A DNA stretch of 57,686 nt, the filler included, from Platydemus manokwari (Eukaryota): NCBI GenBank assembly GCA_037951405.1. It is 5 parts of 5 records of this genome, joined end to end, with 100 filler letters (N's around TTAATTAATTAA, not from the genome) between each part and the next. Parts side by side here need not be neighbours in the genome. Positions count along the whole stretch, not along the records: positions 10,604 to 21,389 come from JBBMOY011105553.1; positions 21,490 to 34,628 come from JBBMOY011825834.1; 3 more parts are not named here. The stretch is one strand, 5' to 3'. Position numbers and translations under genes: made by a program. Below the pieces are notes generated by a model that was not told the DNA's origin, did not search any database, and worked only from the letters and a program-made list of their open reading frames with translations. Within the stretch, counting starts at the first letter, position 1. The number at the start of each line of letters is the position of its first letter. This document shows, piece after piece, positions 13,521 through 29,072 of this stretch.

Positions 13521-16500
13521 AGAAGGGTATGAAATTGAAGCAATCAATATTGGACAAAATATCAACTACGTAATTCATTGTAATTTTTCCATGGTCCATT
13601 ATTAAATTATTTTTTATATATTTCTATTTATTTCATTAAAATTATATTTATTATAATCATCTGTGAAGATTGTTAGTGTTTGCTTAAAGTTGTTCAAAAA
13701 ATTATTGGGGATAGAAAGATGAATTTAACATTCCTACTAGGGGTTCACACAAAGACGTATAGGCCTGAAATGATCTTCAAGAATAGCTAATACTTTATAT
13801 GGCTGGTGAAAACAAAAATTTATCAATATTTGGAAGAGGATGATTCTTATATGATTTATTGTGTTGAATTCGAATAATGTTTATAAATTTCCAGTCATGT
13901 TGATGTAGAGGAAACATCTGAGAAGGATGATTTAAAAGTCTTTGTACTTTTGTTTGGCATACAACTTAGTTTTACAAAATTCTAACTTTTTCTTTGAGTA
14001 AGATAATAGAGATACGAAATCACTATCAAGTAAAATAGTCACTTTTAAACAACGCAAATGCCTTTAATAAACGATGCCTTCAAAACACGATATCGATATT
14101 TTACAGTTATTTAAACAATATAAGAGTGATCGACAGACTATTCGATTAATTTCGAGGTTAATTAATATTAATTCTATGATATCAAATAAATATTTAGTTT
14201 CTACTTAAATGGTTTCTGTGCCTTTGCAAAAAATTTGAAAATTCTTTATAAATCATTCAACCATATCTTACAGGCACAATCTCCAAACAATACACAACAA
14301 TATTAGTATTTTAAGGAATATTTGCTGAATGAGAAATTATTTTATTTCTTTTTTTATGTTTTCTGAATTAATCAGGTGTATATTTATACTCTGATTTCTG
14401 TTCTATATAGCTTTGAAACTGTTAAATGATTTCATTTTATGTATTTAGCCGATTTCCCCACGTGATCATCAAAATTAACCAAAACAATCAGTTTTTTTTA
14501 ATAAAATGGAAATTTTTTCCTCAATTATTTTATTTAATTTATTATGTATCATATAAGTTCTTATCAATTATTATTAAACTTCATTTTTACTAAATTTTTC
14601 TCATTAATTTTAACTCTAACAGACATTTATCACCACTGTTTTTGGCATTGGCCTCATTTGTTCCTCAAATCAAACGTGACCAATGTGAATATCCGAATGG
14701 AATATGCTTGTACCCGTCGCATAATTTTTGTGCAAAGTGTATGTGAAGTAAAAGTATGTTTTTTAATGTTAGGAATACAGTCTCTTACATACTCTTAATG
14801 GCCTTTACTCCATTGTCTATCTGATTAACTCCTAAACTTGTTTTCAACACCTCATATGTTGATGAATCGATATTGATATTTCTTACAGAACTAATAAACC
14901 GTGCCAATCCCTCTAATTAAACTTTGCCTTCAACACACGAGAAATAAATTTAAACGTGGTAATATAACTTTTATATACAGAAAAAATGTTTTAATTATCA
15001 ACCTAACCCACTCAAATAATTAATTAATACAAGCATAGGACTCAGTGATTTAATTACTGAAATACTGAGTAACGATTGAGTGATTATTGTAACATTGCAG
15101 TTAAACTATTCCACTGGACTTGATCTCTCACTGAAACATTTCTTAAAATGTTGGAAATTATTTCTGAAACAGGTTCAGCATGTATGAACATATTTTGGTG
15201 ATTTTTATTCTTCAAAATTTAGTTGAAATTATCCACGTTATGCGTTTGAAAATTTAATGGAAGTCCTTCACCTTTTCTTTTCTCGACCATGCGTTTATAC
15301 AGAGAATTTTTAAATTTATATTTTGAAATACCATCTTGACTTCTAGTTTTTAAATAGTTTTCAAATTTGTATTTATTCAACAATATTTTGTTCGCATTTT
15401 CACCGTTTGAAATATGATGGGTAATGTGATTGTTTTGTTAAAAACCTTGAACTTACATCTATTTCTTAAATTTAATTAATCTTCTCATTTGATGTCTAAT
15501 GTGATATCTCTTCTGATTTTAATAATGTATTTGATGTTCTTGTGGTCAAGGAAATCGGTTCTAATTCTGATTCCAAATTTCTTATTATGCATCTTTGGCT
15601 CTTTTATTAATATTGTTCCTTTTTATCCGACTAAGATTGTAGCAATGACTAGTGTCAAACATGTATTAGATCACAATTAAGCCACTATGATCAAATGATT
15701 TCTGTATAATTCTTAGCATTGGGTTAATATTGTATCTTTTTAACACATTATTCACCATAAGCATAATACTCATATTAGTCTTTATATTAGTTATGTTGGG
15801 TATATTGCAAATCAGTCAAAATGGTCCCAAGAACCAGGGAAAAACCCTAAAAAAGATCAATACATACAAACCAGTTAAACACACATGATGTTAACCAATC
15901 AGATTTGTTATAATGTAAATTCATATTTAGAAACTAAGAATCGACAGGCACATGCCTACAAACGGCAGCAAACTCAAATATCCTCAAATAAATCGATCCA
16001 CAAACAAATTCGGCGAATTGAAAACGAAGATCCGCGACATCAAGCAGATACACCCGATGGATCTACAAAAGAGGTTGAATTCCATAGATTCTTTCGAGTC
16101 TTTTTTGGTCAGCAACTTCAGTGCTTAGCTTATGTTTGATTTCAGTAATCAGTCTTTTTGATTTCTCTTCATTTTGTTAGTGACTTTCAGATGCTGATCT
16201 CATCTTGAATGATTTTCTTTGTGAACTGCGTAGGGATTTGTTATTGTTATTATTGAGACTTTGAGTGTATTATGTTAGTTAGATTCAAACTGTTGTTAAT
16301 AACGCAACAGTTATTGTGCTGCTTATTTTCTCAAGAATTACAACGGTAGATAGGTTGTTCATTCTAATTTTACTTTCTTGGTAATATAAAAATAATGAGA
16401 TAATTTTTAGATTTTATCCATAAATCATTTAAATAACAATTGGGTTGTTTGATGAAGGTTTAATTTTTTGAGAAAAATTAAAAATTTTCAAATAAATCAA

Positions 16501-17289
16501 ATGCTCATGTTCACTCTTAACCGAAACGTACATAATTGATTGATCTCACAATAAGCAGTTTTTACCAAAATAAAATGAAGACTATTTAGAGAAAATTTGA
16601 CATCATTTGATATTATAAATAAATATTTTAGTATATGAATACGTTTATCAAATAGGTACCTCTTAAAATGCAATTAACCATTTATCGAAGATTATCGCAA
16701 CTTCAACGCTTTATCGCATATTAAAATAACTCTCAAATACTTTATCTAAGTCTAACTATAATATGATTGCTACTGCTACATATAAGATACATAATTAATA
16801 ATAAAAAACATAAAATATACTAATGAGCTAAAAAACTACAAAATAAGATTCCACTGATAATAGTTAATTTCTATGAATTTTCGTTGTCATGACGATATAG
16901 CATCAACCTAAAACTTTCAAATTAAAAAGCAAATCATCACAGCAAAGTAGTAAATAATCATATTAATTTTTAAATCCCTAATAATGTGTCATACAGACCA
17001 CAAATAAGTAATATAAAACCAATAGAAAGAGTTTAACACAATATTTTCCAGTAAAATTCACTCACACTTTGACTGTAAACCACGTGTTAGATAACTAAAA
17101 TCATCATCAGAACATTCGATGTGCAATTAGTATGTAAGAAATTATACATCATTCATATTACTCAACGGAGACACATCAGTTCTATATGACTCAACAATTA
17201 TCAAATCATAGAAAATATTTTAAAATATGTTCATTATAATAATCTTCAAAAGGGATTCGTTATAATTTTTTGATCAACCACTCCACAAA

Positions 17290-17641
17290 GCCCGGTGGAA
17301 TTTGTCAGTACCGAAAAAAAGTTTCAATTATTTTCACATTATAGCAAGGAGCCACTTAGATCTTTGAGTCTGCTGTTTATATCCTACAAGCCATTACTCT
17401 TGCTGTTTCAGCTTATAAGCGACAATAAGTTGCCCGTTTGTCGTATATCATATAAAAAATCAATTATCAGACTACTAATTACTGTAGTAAAGAATCGATT
17501 TGTACTTCAATTAAACCATTCATAATTTCCTTTGCCACAATTTTCTAATGAAGCAATGCTGTTCTAAATGTTCTGCTATCTTTGTTTATTCCGTGTTTTT
17601 ACCTGAATTGGTCTACTATTTGTACTCATTTCAGGGCGCCA
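17290..17641 (-). mobile_element. Possible LTR retrotransposon 5' relic (primer-binding-site-like TGGCGCCC followed by a decayed reading frame)
   Basis: The minus strand reads TGGCGCCCTGAA at 17641-17630, like a tRNA-Lys-type primer-binding site, followed by GC-richer stop-interrupted sequence. No LTR was delineated. Confidence 0.25.
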
Positions 17642-20600
17642 AATTTATATTCGTTTTTAAAAATCATTTTCAATTTATAGTTTTATACATTAAAAATTAA
17701 TCATTTCTGTATTTAACATTGAATTATTTTTACTTTTTTAAAGTTTATTTTCATCCATATTCTAATAAAACTAAATTTTCAGATAACAACCCTAGCAATT
17801 GAAACTTTCAAGTAATATTAAGTATAATGTTACCCTTGAAATTCAGATACAACATAGCCAAATGAATTATAGACGAATAAATTGTTTTTCAAAACGTACC
17901 AGGTGACTTGGAAGAAATTCTTAAATGCTACTCATTGCAAGCCAACAAAAATATTCATTCTTCTAATAAATTTTTTAAAATTCGCTGTTATAATATAATA
18001 TATATCTGATATGAAATAACTTACTATCATTATTACTGTTATACATGTTTTCATTTCGAGTATTATTATTAGTTCATGAATTTTTTATTAACAACGCACT
18101 TTACAGTCATTAAACAACTTCCAATATCAATGTAGCAATAAAAGCACTCATTATATAAATATATTTGAAAACAATACAATCGAAAGGTTATTATAAATAT
18201 TATTGTTTAATGAATAAATACCGAAATAAACGTGGTTTTATTTTTGTTCGTTGAAATTCTTGATTCTCAGCGTTTATTTTACTCCGAAAAGTGAACGAAA
18301 ATTCCAATTCATATGGAAAAATAAATATTGGAATATCTACTGTCTTTGAAATACAACGAAAACGCAATGGAAATGAATCTGTCTATTGTTACTAGATCAT
18401 TAAATGAACATAATAAGACATGACAGTAAAGAAAATTTGACCTGACAGTTCTTTTATTCAAAGAGAGTTTCTATCATTGAATAAATGGTTAATGAGACTA
18501 ATGTTCAGAATGCAAAAGTTAATTGAGCTTTCGCCAGGAGAGTTAGAAATTTTTATTTAATTATGAATTTTTATGGAAAATATTATTAACGTGTTTTCAA
18601 CTTTTTGTACTCAAAACCAATATCAAAATAAATTCGAATGAGATTTAATTAATTTACAGTTGTCAAAGCCCGAAACTTGTAAAAAAAATAATAAAACTCA
18701 TTTTTGTGGTTTATATTCGAAATTTAAAAGAAAAATTATATTAAAATCAGAGAATTTCGAAAGATTTAAATTGATAACAATGAAATACTAATTTTTTTAT
18801 TAAAGAGAGTAAATGAAGATATGAAAATTGATGGATAAGCTATATCGTACTAAATGTTATAAAGTACTATGAGCTCACGTAAGCATAAATTAACTGAATG
18901 TTTGAGATAGATCGACAAGTGTGTTGGGAAGTTTATCTAAATTTACAAAAAAATGTTCATAACTGACAGACAACCTTGATATTCACAATCTAAATAACCG
19001 ATAGCTCAAATTAGCCTATAATCCATCATTATTCTAAACATGTTGAAAATGTGCTAATCACGATTTTCCGATTAATCGGATCATGGGTCCACATTTAACT
19101 AAGATGATGACATGGCAATTAAGATTTGTGATCACAAGAAAACCCAAAATATAATGAAACCCGTGTACAACAAGAGGAAAAATCGACACTACATAATTTA
19201 CAATTTGAGTCTAAGTTTAGTTACAGAATTTAGCAATTGAGCCAATCACAGATCAGTAAAGTCAAGGTCGAATAATTACGGATAAATGGAACAAAGAATA
19301 TTTTAATTTTCTCTTATATTTTTTTGGTGATCAATCACTGTGATTTTTATGGTGATCTAATAGTTTAACTTTCTGAACTAGTTATTGACAACGTATTTTG
19401 ATTTTCTAACAACTATCTATTTTCATGAAAAATCCAAAATCACAACAAGTTTTTGTTTTTACTCAAAATATAAAGATCAGAATGACATCAACATTTTAGT
19501 TGGCTTGGAATCATTGTGTCTTTCTCTCAAATAAATATTGAAGTTTGATTGTTTATTATTAATCTTTCATTCATTAGTTTTTTAATTTCTGGTGCCATTT
19601 GAATGTCATATGTTGGATACTATATTGGTGAATTATAATTCTTGTTGAATAATAAATGGGTCCCAATTGTAAGTTGAATTTCTGACTCTTATATAACACA
19701 GAAATAGATGTGATGGACTATCATTATGGTATAGGAAGGTATGATAAGTTCCAGTGTACTTCACAACAATATTTTCTAAAAGTTTTCCAAGGTAGAGATG
19801 ATGGAGTCTCGATGGTTAAAAAGAAGCAACCAAGAATTCAATCCAGAGCCTTATTTACAGCAGAAGCTAGGAAAATAAATGAATTCGTAATTCGATAAAT
19901 AAAAAAATTAAAATGTAAAACAATCTTTAAAAATATGTGCAAAGAAACAACGCATAATCCTTAATTTTCATTGAAAGGTGGAAATTAATGTAACTTTATA
20001 AATTCAGACCACTTCAATATTTATATTAGCGAGTTTATCATCTCAACTAGTAATGCCATTTTATATTATTAACATCACAAATTTGACATGGATGAGAAAA
20101 CTCTGTATCTGACAAATGATTTTACTAAATATCTGCGGTGATGGAAAAATTCAATATACTTCATAATAATAAAAAATCAATTTAGAGATGAATTATCAGA
20201 ACTGCACATAATGCGTGAATAAAGTTAATAACAAATCTGCCATAAGTACTAAAAATTATTACTGGATAACGGTACAATTAACTATCAAAATATTTCAAGA
20301 CCATTGCATAATTTAATTTTATTCATTTAAATAGATCAAGTATATTCCAATATACATACAATTTAACTTCTGATAAAAAAAATTAAAAAACACATGCGAG
20401 TTAATAGTTATATTTATAATCGAAGATAATCATTTAGGCCAATCTTTTTATTAAGATCCTTTATTTAATGCCAGTTTACTTGACTTTTTATTTCTTTTCA
20501 AATCTAAAATCAGAATTTCAATTTAATAATTTATGTAATTAGTTCACTTTGATCAAATATAAATATCAATTCTTCATGAGACTTAACAATGTTTTCATAT

Positions 20601-21389
20601 TTTCACAATAAAAAATTCGTTATTACTTGGATAAAACAATCTATGCATAACTTTCGGAATGTTTATGGAATTAAAAGTACCGGGAATGAATGAAATTATT
20701 TCAAAGCATTTCCAGTTTATATTTCTAATAACGAAATTTATAGTTAAAACATAAAATTATAATGTTTAGAAGAAAATGGAAAAATTCATTAGGTTTCAAT
20801 AAAAAATTTTGAAAGTTTTATGAAGAAATAAATAAATTATAGATTAAGCTCCAATCGAAGATTCAATATTTGTGATAAATGGTATAGTTATTTTGTTCCA
20901 GAAAATATTTTTGAAAATCATCAAAGAATATGTGGTAAAGATGGTAAAAATATAACGAAGGTATATAATTTTTTATAAACAAGTTAGCTAAAATAATTTA
21001 GACAATTTTAATCAAAGAAAATAGTTAGAAAAAAAAATTAATTTACAATTTTAAACATTTACAAATTATGTAATAAAATTTTTAATGTCAATAAAATTTA
21101 ACAAATTTTTCAGTTTAAAGAACTTTTAAAATCATAAATAATTAGTATAAAAGTAAATTAAATGATAAAATTTGTAAAAGTGATGGAAAATTCTAGGTAC
21201 AAAGTACCAAACACCAGCAATTACATAAGCTGATGACTTAATATCAAAATACACTCTTAAAAAATTTCGAAAGTAAATTAGAGGTTTCTTGAGGAAAATT
21301 ATAAATAAGAGATTTTGATTTAGTGAAAATCTACAAGAAATGATTAAGAAAGAAAGTATTCCACTTGTTTGGTGTTTATCAGCTGTTTA

Positions 21390-21489
21390 NNNNNNNNNNN
21401 NNNNNNNNNNNNNNNNNNNNNNNNNNNNNNNNNTTAATTAATTAANNNNNNNNNNNNNNNNNNNNNNNNNNNNNNNNNNNNNNNNNNNN
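21390..21489. other. Artificial contig-joining linker
   Basis: N44-TTAATTAATTAA-N44. Confidence 0.95.
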
Positions 21490-21503
21490 AATAATAATAA
21501 TAA

Positions 21504-21564
<61 letters not shown>
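21490..21564. repeat. (AAT)n microsatellite at contig edge
   Basis: Near-perfect AAT run directly after the linker. Confidence 0.95.
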
Positions 21565-22919
21565 TTTTAATATAATAATTTTTAAGTCGATATTTTTTTC
21601 AAAATTTCATCATTTAATTTCAGAAAATGAAATTTGAACAATCTGAATTTAGAATAGTCATGAATAAATGCATGGGATTAAAGTTAAGCAATAAAACCTC
21701 CAGTTAAAAGCACTATAAAAAGCACAAAGGAACTGTTTTGATGATATTTTTTGGCAATTTCATTGAAGAGCAATTATCAAAGTTGGCATTGACCAATTTT
21801 GAAGTTGAGAAACAGGAAATGGACTGTTGAATAACTAATCGATGGCTATTATGTTCATGATTTGAAAACTTCTATCAAAAGGAATGAGATATAAAGCGTT
21901 TTTTATGATCAATCGTATTGTTTATTGGAAAATCTCAAAAACTTTTTTTAACCAAAACAAGTCTACATTTGATGCGATTAAGAAGATAATTATAAGCTAA
22001 TAATGATTAAGGTGATGATAAGAACTTATTTTTATATACTGTGGACTCAATTATTGACACAACATCCCATGAATGATTATATTATCCGGAAAAATCGGTT
22101 TTGATTAAAATATAAAGATAAAAAATATAAAATTTTAGTCACATAAATGTACTTTACTTTGTAATATGTGATGAATTTTATTCAGTGGGAATTATGTAAT
22201 AAAAAATGTAATGTTGTTATGCCTTAAAATTTTAAAAGTAGCTTGAGTTTAAATTTGATGTGCGTAAAGAAAACTCGAAAATCAAAAATATATTAGCATG
22301 GACCTCAATTCGGTACAGCTGTCAACCTAGGAAGTGAAGAAAATTCTTCTACCTGTTCAAGGAATGAAAATATAAAAAGCCAGTTGCTCAATCACAATAA
22401 AATATGAGGTGAGGGATTATCCCACCGCCTCGAGAAGATCATATTTGTGTTAAATAAATATTAGATTTTTTTTAGTTGAGGTGTGGTTTTAGATGATTTC
22501 AGCTATAATAACACACACACACACGTGTCAACCTTACGTTTTATGATGAAAATAATTCAATTCCTTTTGTTTATTAGTGGTTCAAAATAGATGTTCTGCT
22601 TAAATCTGTGAATTAAGGTAATGATAATTCCACACCATTTATTCCATGCTTTTTGTGATTCATTTGAAGAAATAATTTCATTTGGTTTTTCTTTCCGCTT
22701 CCAAATTAATCGGAATTATGTTTCCATCATTATTTTCATTATATTATCTTTGTTTTAATACTATGCTTTTCCTTTGAAATCTTTTGATTTTGTTTTTATT
22801 TATATTGATAAGAACCATAGGTAACATTTATTTCATTAATTTGATTCATTTCGAACGAGATAATTTATCATCGCTATTTTCAAATCAGTTTTTCTCAATC
22901 ATGTTTGAATCGATAAATC

Positions 22920-23335
22920 ATTATACCGCGCGATTCATAAGTCTCCGTCTCTAAAACTTAAATAAAAAAAGAATCTTTGAAAGGTTTTATTTTTTTCTTC
23001 TTTGAGAAATCTGTCAACGGAATTTGGTGAAGCCATCCATACACAGTCGTGCGGTTTCTCGTTGATTTGTGCCATTATTCTCTTATACATAATTTACCAC
23101 CTTTTCCTTCATGATTTCATCAGACGGTCTTCCTGATCACAATCAAGTGGATAAGTTTCCAGTTTCTTTAAACTTCTGTTTATAGTATTCCACTGTTGTC
23201 CTAGCTGATAGTGCGCGATTGAAATTTTGTTGAAATTTTCGACAAGCTTTGGCACTACTCTGGCACACTATTGCATCACTAACTAAAAACACTATCTGCA
23301 AGCGAAAATTTAACATCACGAGTTACTTCTGCCAT
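22920..23335 (-). mobile_element. Degenerate Tc1/mariner-superfamily transposase N-terminus (DUF4817-like HTH)
   Basis: Minus-strand translation SSAKACRKFQQNFNRALSARTTVEYYKQKFKETGNLST*L*SGRPS...NQRETAR, then after a frameshift SPNSVDRFLKEEK. This has the typical KF.ETG....RSGRP linker and second HTH of Tc1/mariner transposases. In-frame stops show it is dead. Confidence 0.8.
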
Positions 23336-26300
23336 ATTCTTATAATGCAACTGATTAATAAGAAATAAGAAATGAAGTACATTAATCGGTGAATAATAAT
23401 TATTATCAATGAGTATAAATATGTGAATATAAATAATATTGTGTTTTGTTGTTTTATTTTAGTTTTAGGTATATTCCATATTTAAATTCTATTCAGTAGA
23501 AAGTTATAAAAGTAGATTGTGTTTAAAAATAATTCCACGAATATCATCTTATATCAGACTCACTAATGCATATATTTCAATTGATAAAATCTCCTTTCAA
23601 TATTTTTCTCAATAGTTCCACATGCATAACACCACATGATTCTTTCATTGCATTTCAACTGTCGAAGACATCGAATAATAATATTATTGACTGTGAGATA
23701 TCACTTTTATCACGACAAACGTCAAATAAAATAAAGAATACTGAATCTTTATATTAATCTAATTATCGATTTGTTATCATCGTATTTTCTGATAACGGTA
23801 TAAATTGAGTAACTTTCTTATGGGAAACAAATAAAATTAAAAGCGCAAAGAATCAAGCACGCACGAAATTCATTTATTGTTTATAAATCGATAGTTGTCA
23901 GTAACGAACCCCTCACGAGTAATTTTTATAAACAACCGTACCTGTTAAATGATTTATCGATATCAATCAAGGTTAACTTGAAATTATTTACCCATAGATC
24001 ATATCGTAGGAAAGTTTAATGACATATTAACATCTTATTTCCAGAACAATATTTTTATATAGCTTTTGTGCAAAAGACAATGCAATGTGCATGAATGCAT
24101 TGTGAGTTCAGTGAGTAACTTTATATGTGATATTTAAATGATAAGTTTCATCAGATAGATCGACTTAAATCAATTCCTCAACTACTACGTACTGAATTTT
24201 AAACCGCTATATTTTATCAATGTGAATTGCAAGTAATACAAACCATATAACAACCTGATCTATACTCACCTTCAACAGGACGTAGAGCCATTAGTTCATG
24301 CCTTTCTGCTCAACGCCAGTCAGCAGTTTCCAGAGTCTCTTGTTCAGTCTATAAATAATGGCGCATTGTGTCTTATCTCCTTGTTATACCCTCCGTACAA
24401 CTGTATGATTATTGATAAACCACTAAGCATTAATAAAGCGGTATTGATATCGATATCAAGTTCTCAAGAAATTAAATTTTTAAAATTCTCTCAAGAATGT
24501 TATTCGGATGCTATGGCATTATTTCAAGTATAAAAGGCTCTGTTAAGCACACCGTATTAATAAAATAAAAATACAATTCGAAAATATTTTTTTTAAAGTT
24601 TTAATCAATAAAAAATCTTCACTTACATGTTAATGCTATTGATTAAAACAGGTTTCATTCATTTTACATAATTAATACTGTGATGCAGACTTCAGCAGTA
24701 AGTTAAGGACAAAAATTTGTGATTGTGTTTTATGTGATATCATCATTAATTATGAATAAATCTGATTTGTTTTAATAATAGATTTATTAACCTAAAATAT
24801 CGATTAATTTATTAGGTTCTCCCTGTTTAATGTAGATAAACAGCATTGATTTCACAAATAACTTATCGTGTTAAACTGAAGTGTTTCAAATTTATTGATA
24901 AAGCCTTTTACTATTAATAATAAATTACCTAAAACATTTATGAAAAAAATTTAATTTAAAAATTTTTTTAAAATTTTTTGAAAAGAATTTTTGTAGTTTA
25001 AAAATTAAATAAACTTAAACTTAAAATTTTCACAAAACGATTATTCGATTTGCAAGTCTAAGTGAGTCAAGCGGAAAAAAATGAAAATTAACTTGGGCCT
25101 TTTCTGTTTACCTTAGAAGTGAGATGAAATTCTGGTAAAAGTAAAATGGGTTTGTACCTTAGAATCTTTTTTTAAGCACTTTAAACATTTGCATGCCTCC
25201 ACAACCGTACAAGCATAGCAATCAGCCAATCACTGCGAAGCTAAATGGTAAACAACAATTGGAAAAAGGAGCATAGCTACACTATGACGCTTACAGAGAT
25301 TGACCAATTCTACTCAAGTAAAAAAATTAAAGCCCAATAAAAATAAGGAAATGCAAATATCGAATCAAAATATAATGCAATATGACACAGAAAAATTACA
25401 CAGAAATCGCGAATATAAAAACCTATGTAAAGACAACTTTTGATTGATATTTTGGGCTGTGCAGTTTGTGTAAATGTATCGATTAGTTTCCGGGAAAATA
25501 TATTATTATCCTTCTCTTTTGGAGTCAGAGTTTAATTAGTTGTTGAGGACCCAACAAAAGCAACCGGAGACGTGTTTTAAAATTTGACATTCATTTTGAA
25601 AGAATAATTAATATGTCAGGTGCTTGGTCAGTCCATTTACAATTATAATAAATATGTTGCGTGTAGTTACGGGAATCCTATAGGAATTTCTTACATATTA
25701 AAGGAATCGTATAAATAGCAATGTCACATATGTAAGGAAAGTGATAGAAATAGAATTGAATCTTGGTATAAATAATCAATATAGCTACCCTGCATATTTT
25801 TACCCTGACTTATACAGTGTCCGTACAAAATGTCAGTCATTAAATGAACTCCGTGAATAAATCAACCCTAACAAATGATAAGAAAATTATAAAAATGAAA
25901 ATGAAAATTTTAAATAATTTATTAGATTTCAAAATTTAGCGATATCACGATTATTTCTTGTTTCCAACCCTAAGCCGATTTCCAGTCCAATGACAACTCA
26001 AAATATAATAATAAGAAAATAAAGATAAAATTAACATTTGTTGTATTACTTGATAGTCAACTGATTATCGGTAATGCCGGTTGAATCATTTATATTTAAA
26101 ATTTAACCTCCTGCTATCTACACAGCATTGTTCTCCATTCAATTTGCTCTGTTGATTCCAGTAACAAAGTCATTCATTATTAAAGGGAATTCTGAAATTC
26201 AATAAATTCTTGCAATTTTTCTCTAAAATTTGAATTTTTATAAAACTTTATTTTGGAAAGAAAATTTAGAAAAAATATATTTATAAATTTATGAAATTCA

Positions 26301-28826
26301 AAAAATCACGAAATAAAAAAATGAAAAATAGGTAAACTGACTTCTTTTCTTAAATTACGTCATTATTTTTTTATTAGCTCTGTTGATAATTATTCCATAT
26401 GATCCACCAATAATTTTACTTTCTGCCATTCAATCTAATCTTAAAATTCTTGACAGCAGATAAACTCGATAAAGCATTTCAAAAATATATTTCATTTTCC
26501 CGTAATATTTGGTTGTCGATTATCAGCCAAATGGCGTTGATTATTTTCAACTTACTCTGAGATACCGTTACAATGGAGCCTTGTTTCAGTAGTTAATTCT
26601 GTATTTTCCCTGTAAAATATCGAGCTTTTAATCAAATTTGGTTTAAATTTATTTTTAATGATTTAAATTAGAGAAAGATTTCAATCCAATCAGTTCATAG
26701 AAAATCATATCAACCATAGAATCAATTGCCAACTGATTTGTTGTTCCTGATGATGTTACTGAATCATTCCATCTCTATGAATGTCATCAACACTTGAATC
26801 GTTTCCCCTATTAATTAGAGAATTAAATGATGTCTTCAATACCTATTTATGTTTTCTTTTGACTTCGATTTACCATTATTTGGCCACAGATCTCAAATGA
26901 ATTGAGAATAGGAATTTTAATTATTCATTGGACAGAGGTATATAACATAGTCAATAATTTCTTTTTCAATTACAAGTTCAGGAAATAATTATAATGATTT
27001 GTACTTTTTGAATTTCTCGTTTTATAAGATGGGATAATTTTTGACTTAATATTTTATCGAGCACACATTATTTATCATATAATAATAAAAATATATTTAT
27101 AGAACGACAACGTAATATTGTTTGTCAAAATAAATATTACTGCACAGCAATGCCAGTAAATTGGTGTGAATACAGAAACAGTCAGATGGTGGCTGTAAAA
27201 TAAAAGTTCTACAAAATATTTGAAACCCAACAAGATAGAAAAAACTCTCCATGTTAGAAGGAAATTCTACAAGACAAGAAGATATTACTCAATGATAGAA
27301 GCTCTCCACGAGATAGGAGGATAGTTTTCGTAAATGAAGCTTCTAAACAGTAGCGGTAGACAGTTACGATACTCTTCCTTCTTTAGTATATTACTATTGA
27401 TCATGTTTGCTTTCTTCTGTGTTACAAGATTTAATTAAATACGAATTTGTTTGGTTTATTGTATTGATTGTGACCTGCTTGGGTCTGAAAGCTTTGATTC
27501 GTGAAGTTATCGGCAAAGTCATTCCTCTCAGCAAATGTTCAATATTTTAAATTGCGCGATCTTTGACCAAGTTTTGGATATTTTTTTCAGCACGCCAGTT
27601 TTCGCCAAAATTGTTACTGTACCAAGTGAGCCTATAATGCACGTGAAAAGCTCAATAATGAAATCCGGTTTCGATTTGGCTGGCCTATTCCTAAAAATGA
27701 ATTATAATATTTGTGTTTGATTCCTCGAAGTTTTGTATTCTGTCAATCAATTTGCAACACTGTAGTACACGTGACATTGTTTCAGGGAAACTGTGGTAAC
27801 GTCGGCACTTTTGGCTTTGCTCATTTGTTTTCCAAGGCGATGGATTAATTGCTAGAGTATTTGTTCTAGCTCGATGAATGAACCTAAACGCATAAAAATT
27901 GAAAGTCAATTTCTGTCAATATTTGACAGAGCACTGATGATATATTATTACCGAAACCACCTTTACATCATGGCTAAACTATTGGTCTGTCTATCAGTCA
28001 ATATTTCTGATTTAATATTATGTTTTTAAGAATAAAAAAATCATTTTTTAGTAAAAAATATTTAAATTTTTTTTAAAAATCAAAGGAGCTCAATAATTAA
28101 TAGATTTCCATTTGATTCTTTACTACAGGTATGTAATTAAATTTTGTCAATGGAAAACTTTAATGAAATCAAACGGGATCAATTAACCAAAATTAATTTA
28201 AGCCATGCAGATTGGTGGGTTGAAAATCAAAAAAGAATATCATTATGGATTTTTTATTTATTTTAAATGGAATAAAAAATATCACAAATAACGATGTGAA
28301 TCGATACGGGATAACAATAAACAGATAAACATGTAGCTCAGCAACTGGAACTGAAACTAGTTTTCAAGGTTTTTTATACATATTTTTCTTAAAATTATTT
28401 TTCAGATATTAAATTCTAAATTACCATATTTCAAACATGAATATAAAATATATATTAGACAAGAAATAAAAAAAGAGAACAGTAATTCCCATCTCAATTA
28501 GGTACCATTTGTAGTCGACACGGTAAACATCGCGTTTTGATCCATGTTTAATTTATTCGTAAAGACGTTAATAAGCTCCAGAAATCCCAACAAAATACCA
28601 AATTAAATATCTAATTTTAAACATGAAAACAAAATTGGAAATTTCCTGTTAAATATTTCTCTAATAGTTTTCTATATTTTGTAGTCATTGTCATTGACAT
28701 AGACGACATTATTCAGCTTTAGGATATGAATTGATATTTGTATTAAAGTGAAAAATTTAGAATAAAAATTTGAATTATTAATATCTCAACCACACATATC
28801 TGATTACCTATTCGCGGCAATAATTT

Positions 28827-28969
28827 NNNNNNNNNNNNNNNNNNNNNNNNNNNNNNNNNNNNNNNNNNNNNNNNNNNNNNNNNNNNNNNNNNNNNNNNNN
28901 NNNNNNNNNNNNNNNNNNNNNNNNNNNNNNNNNNNNNNNNNNNNNNNNNNNNNNNNNNNNNNNNNNNNN
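28827..28969. other. Assembly gap (143 N)
   Basis: Plain N run without the linker 12-mer, followed by an (AAT)n-like tract. Confidence 0.95.
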
Positions 28970-28993
28970 TAACGATAATAATAGTAATAATGG

Positions 28994-29024
<31 letters not shown>

Positions 29025-29072
29025 AAGAATGGTGATAATAATAATAATAGTAATAATAAAAATAGTAATAAA
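28970..29072. repeat. Degenerate (AAT/GAT/AGT)n microsatellite
   Basis: Trinucleotide tract after the N gap. Confidence 0.85.

Noticed and set aside
21640-22100. Possible Helitron/PIF1 helicase relic
   Set aside because: Only faint motif resemblance (ETGNG, YTVDSI) among many stops; not supportable by eye.
27935-27960. CTGATGA...GAAAC hammerhead-ribozyme-like core
   Set aside because: Stems I, II and III cannot be formed convincingly; likely chance or fully decayed.
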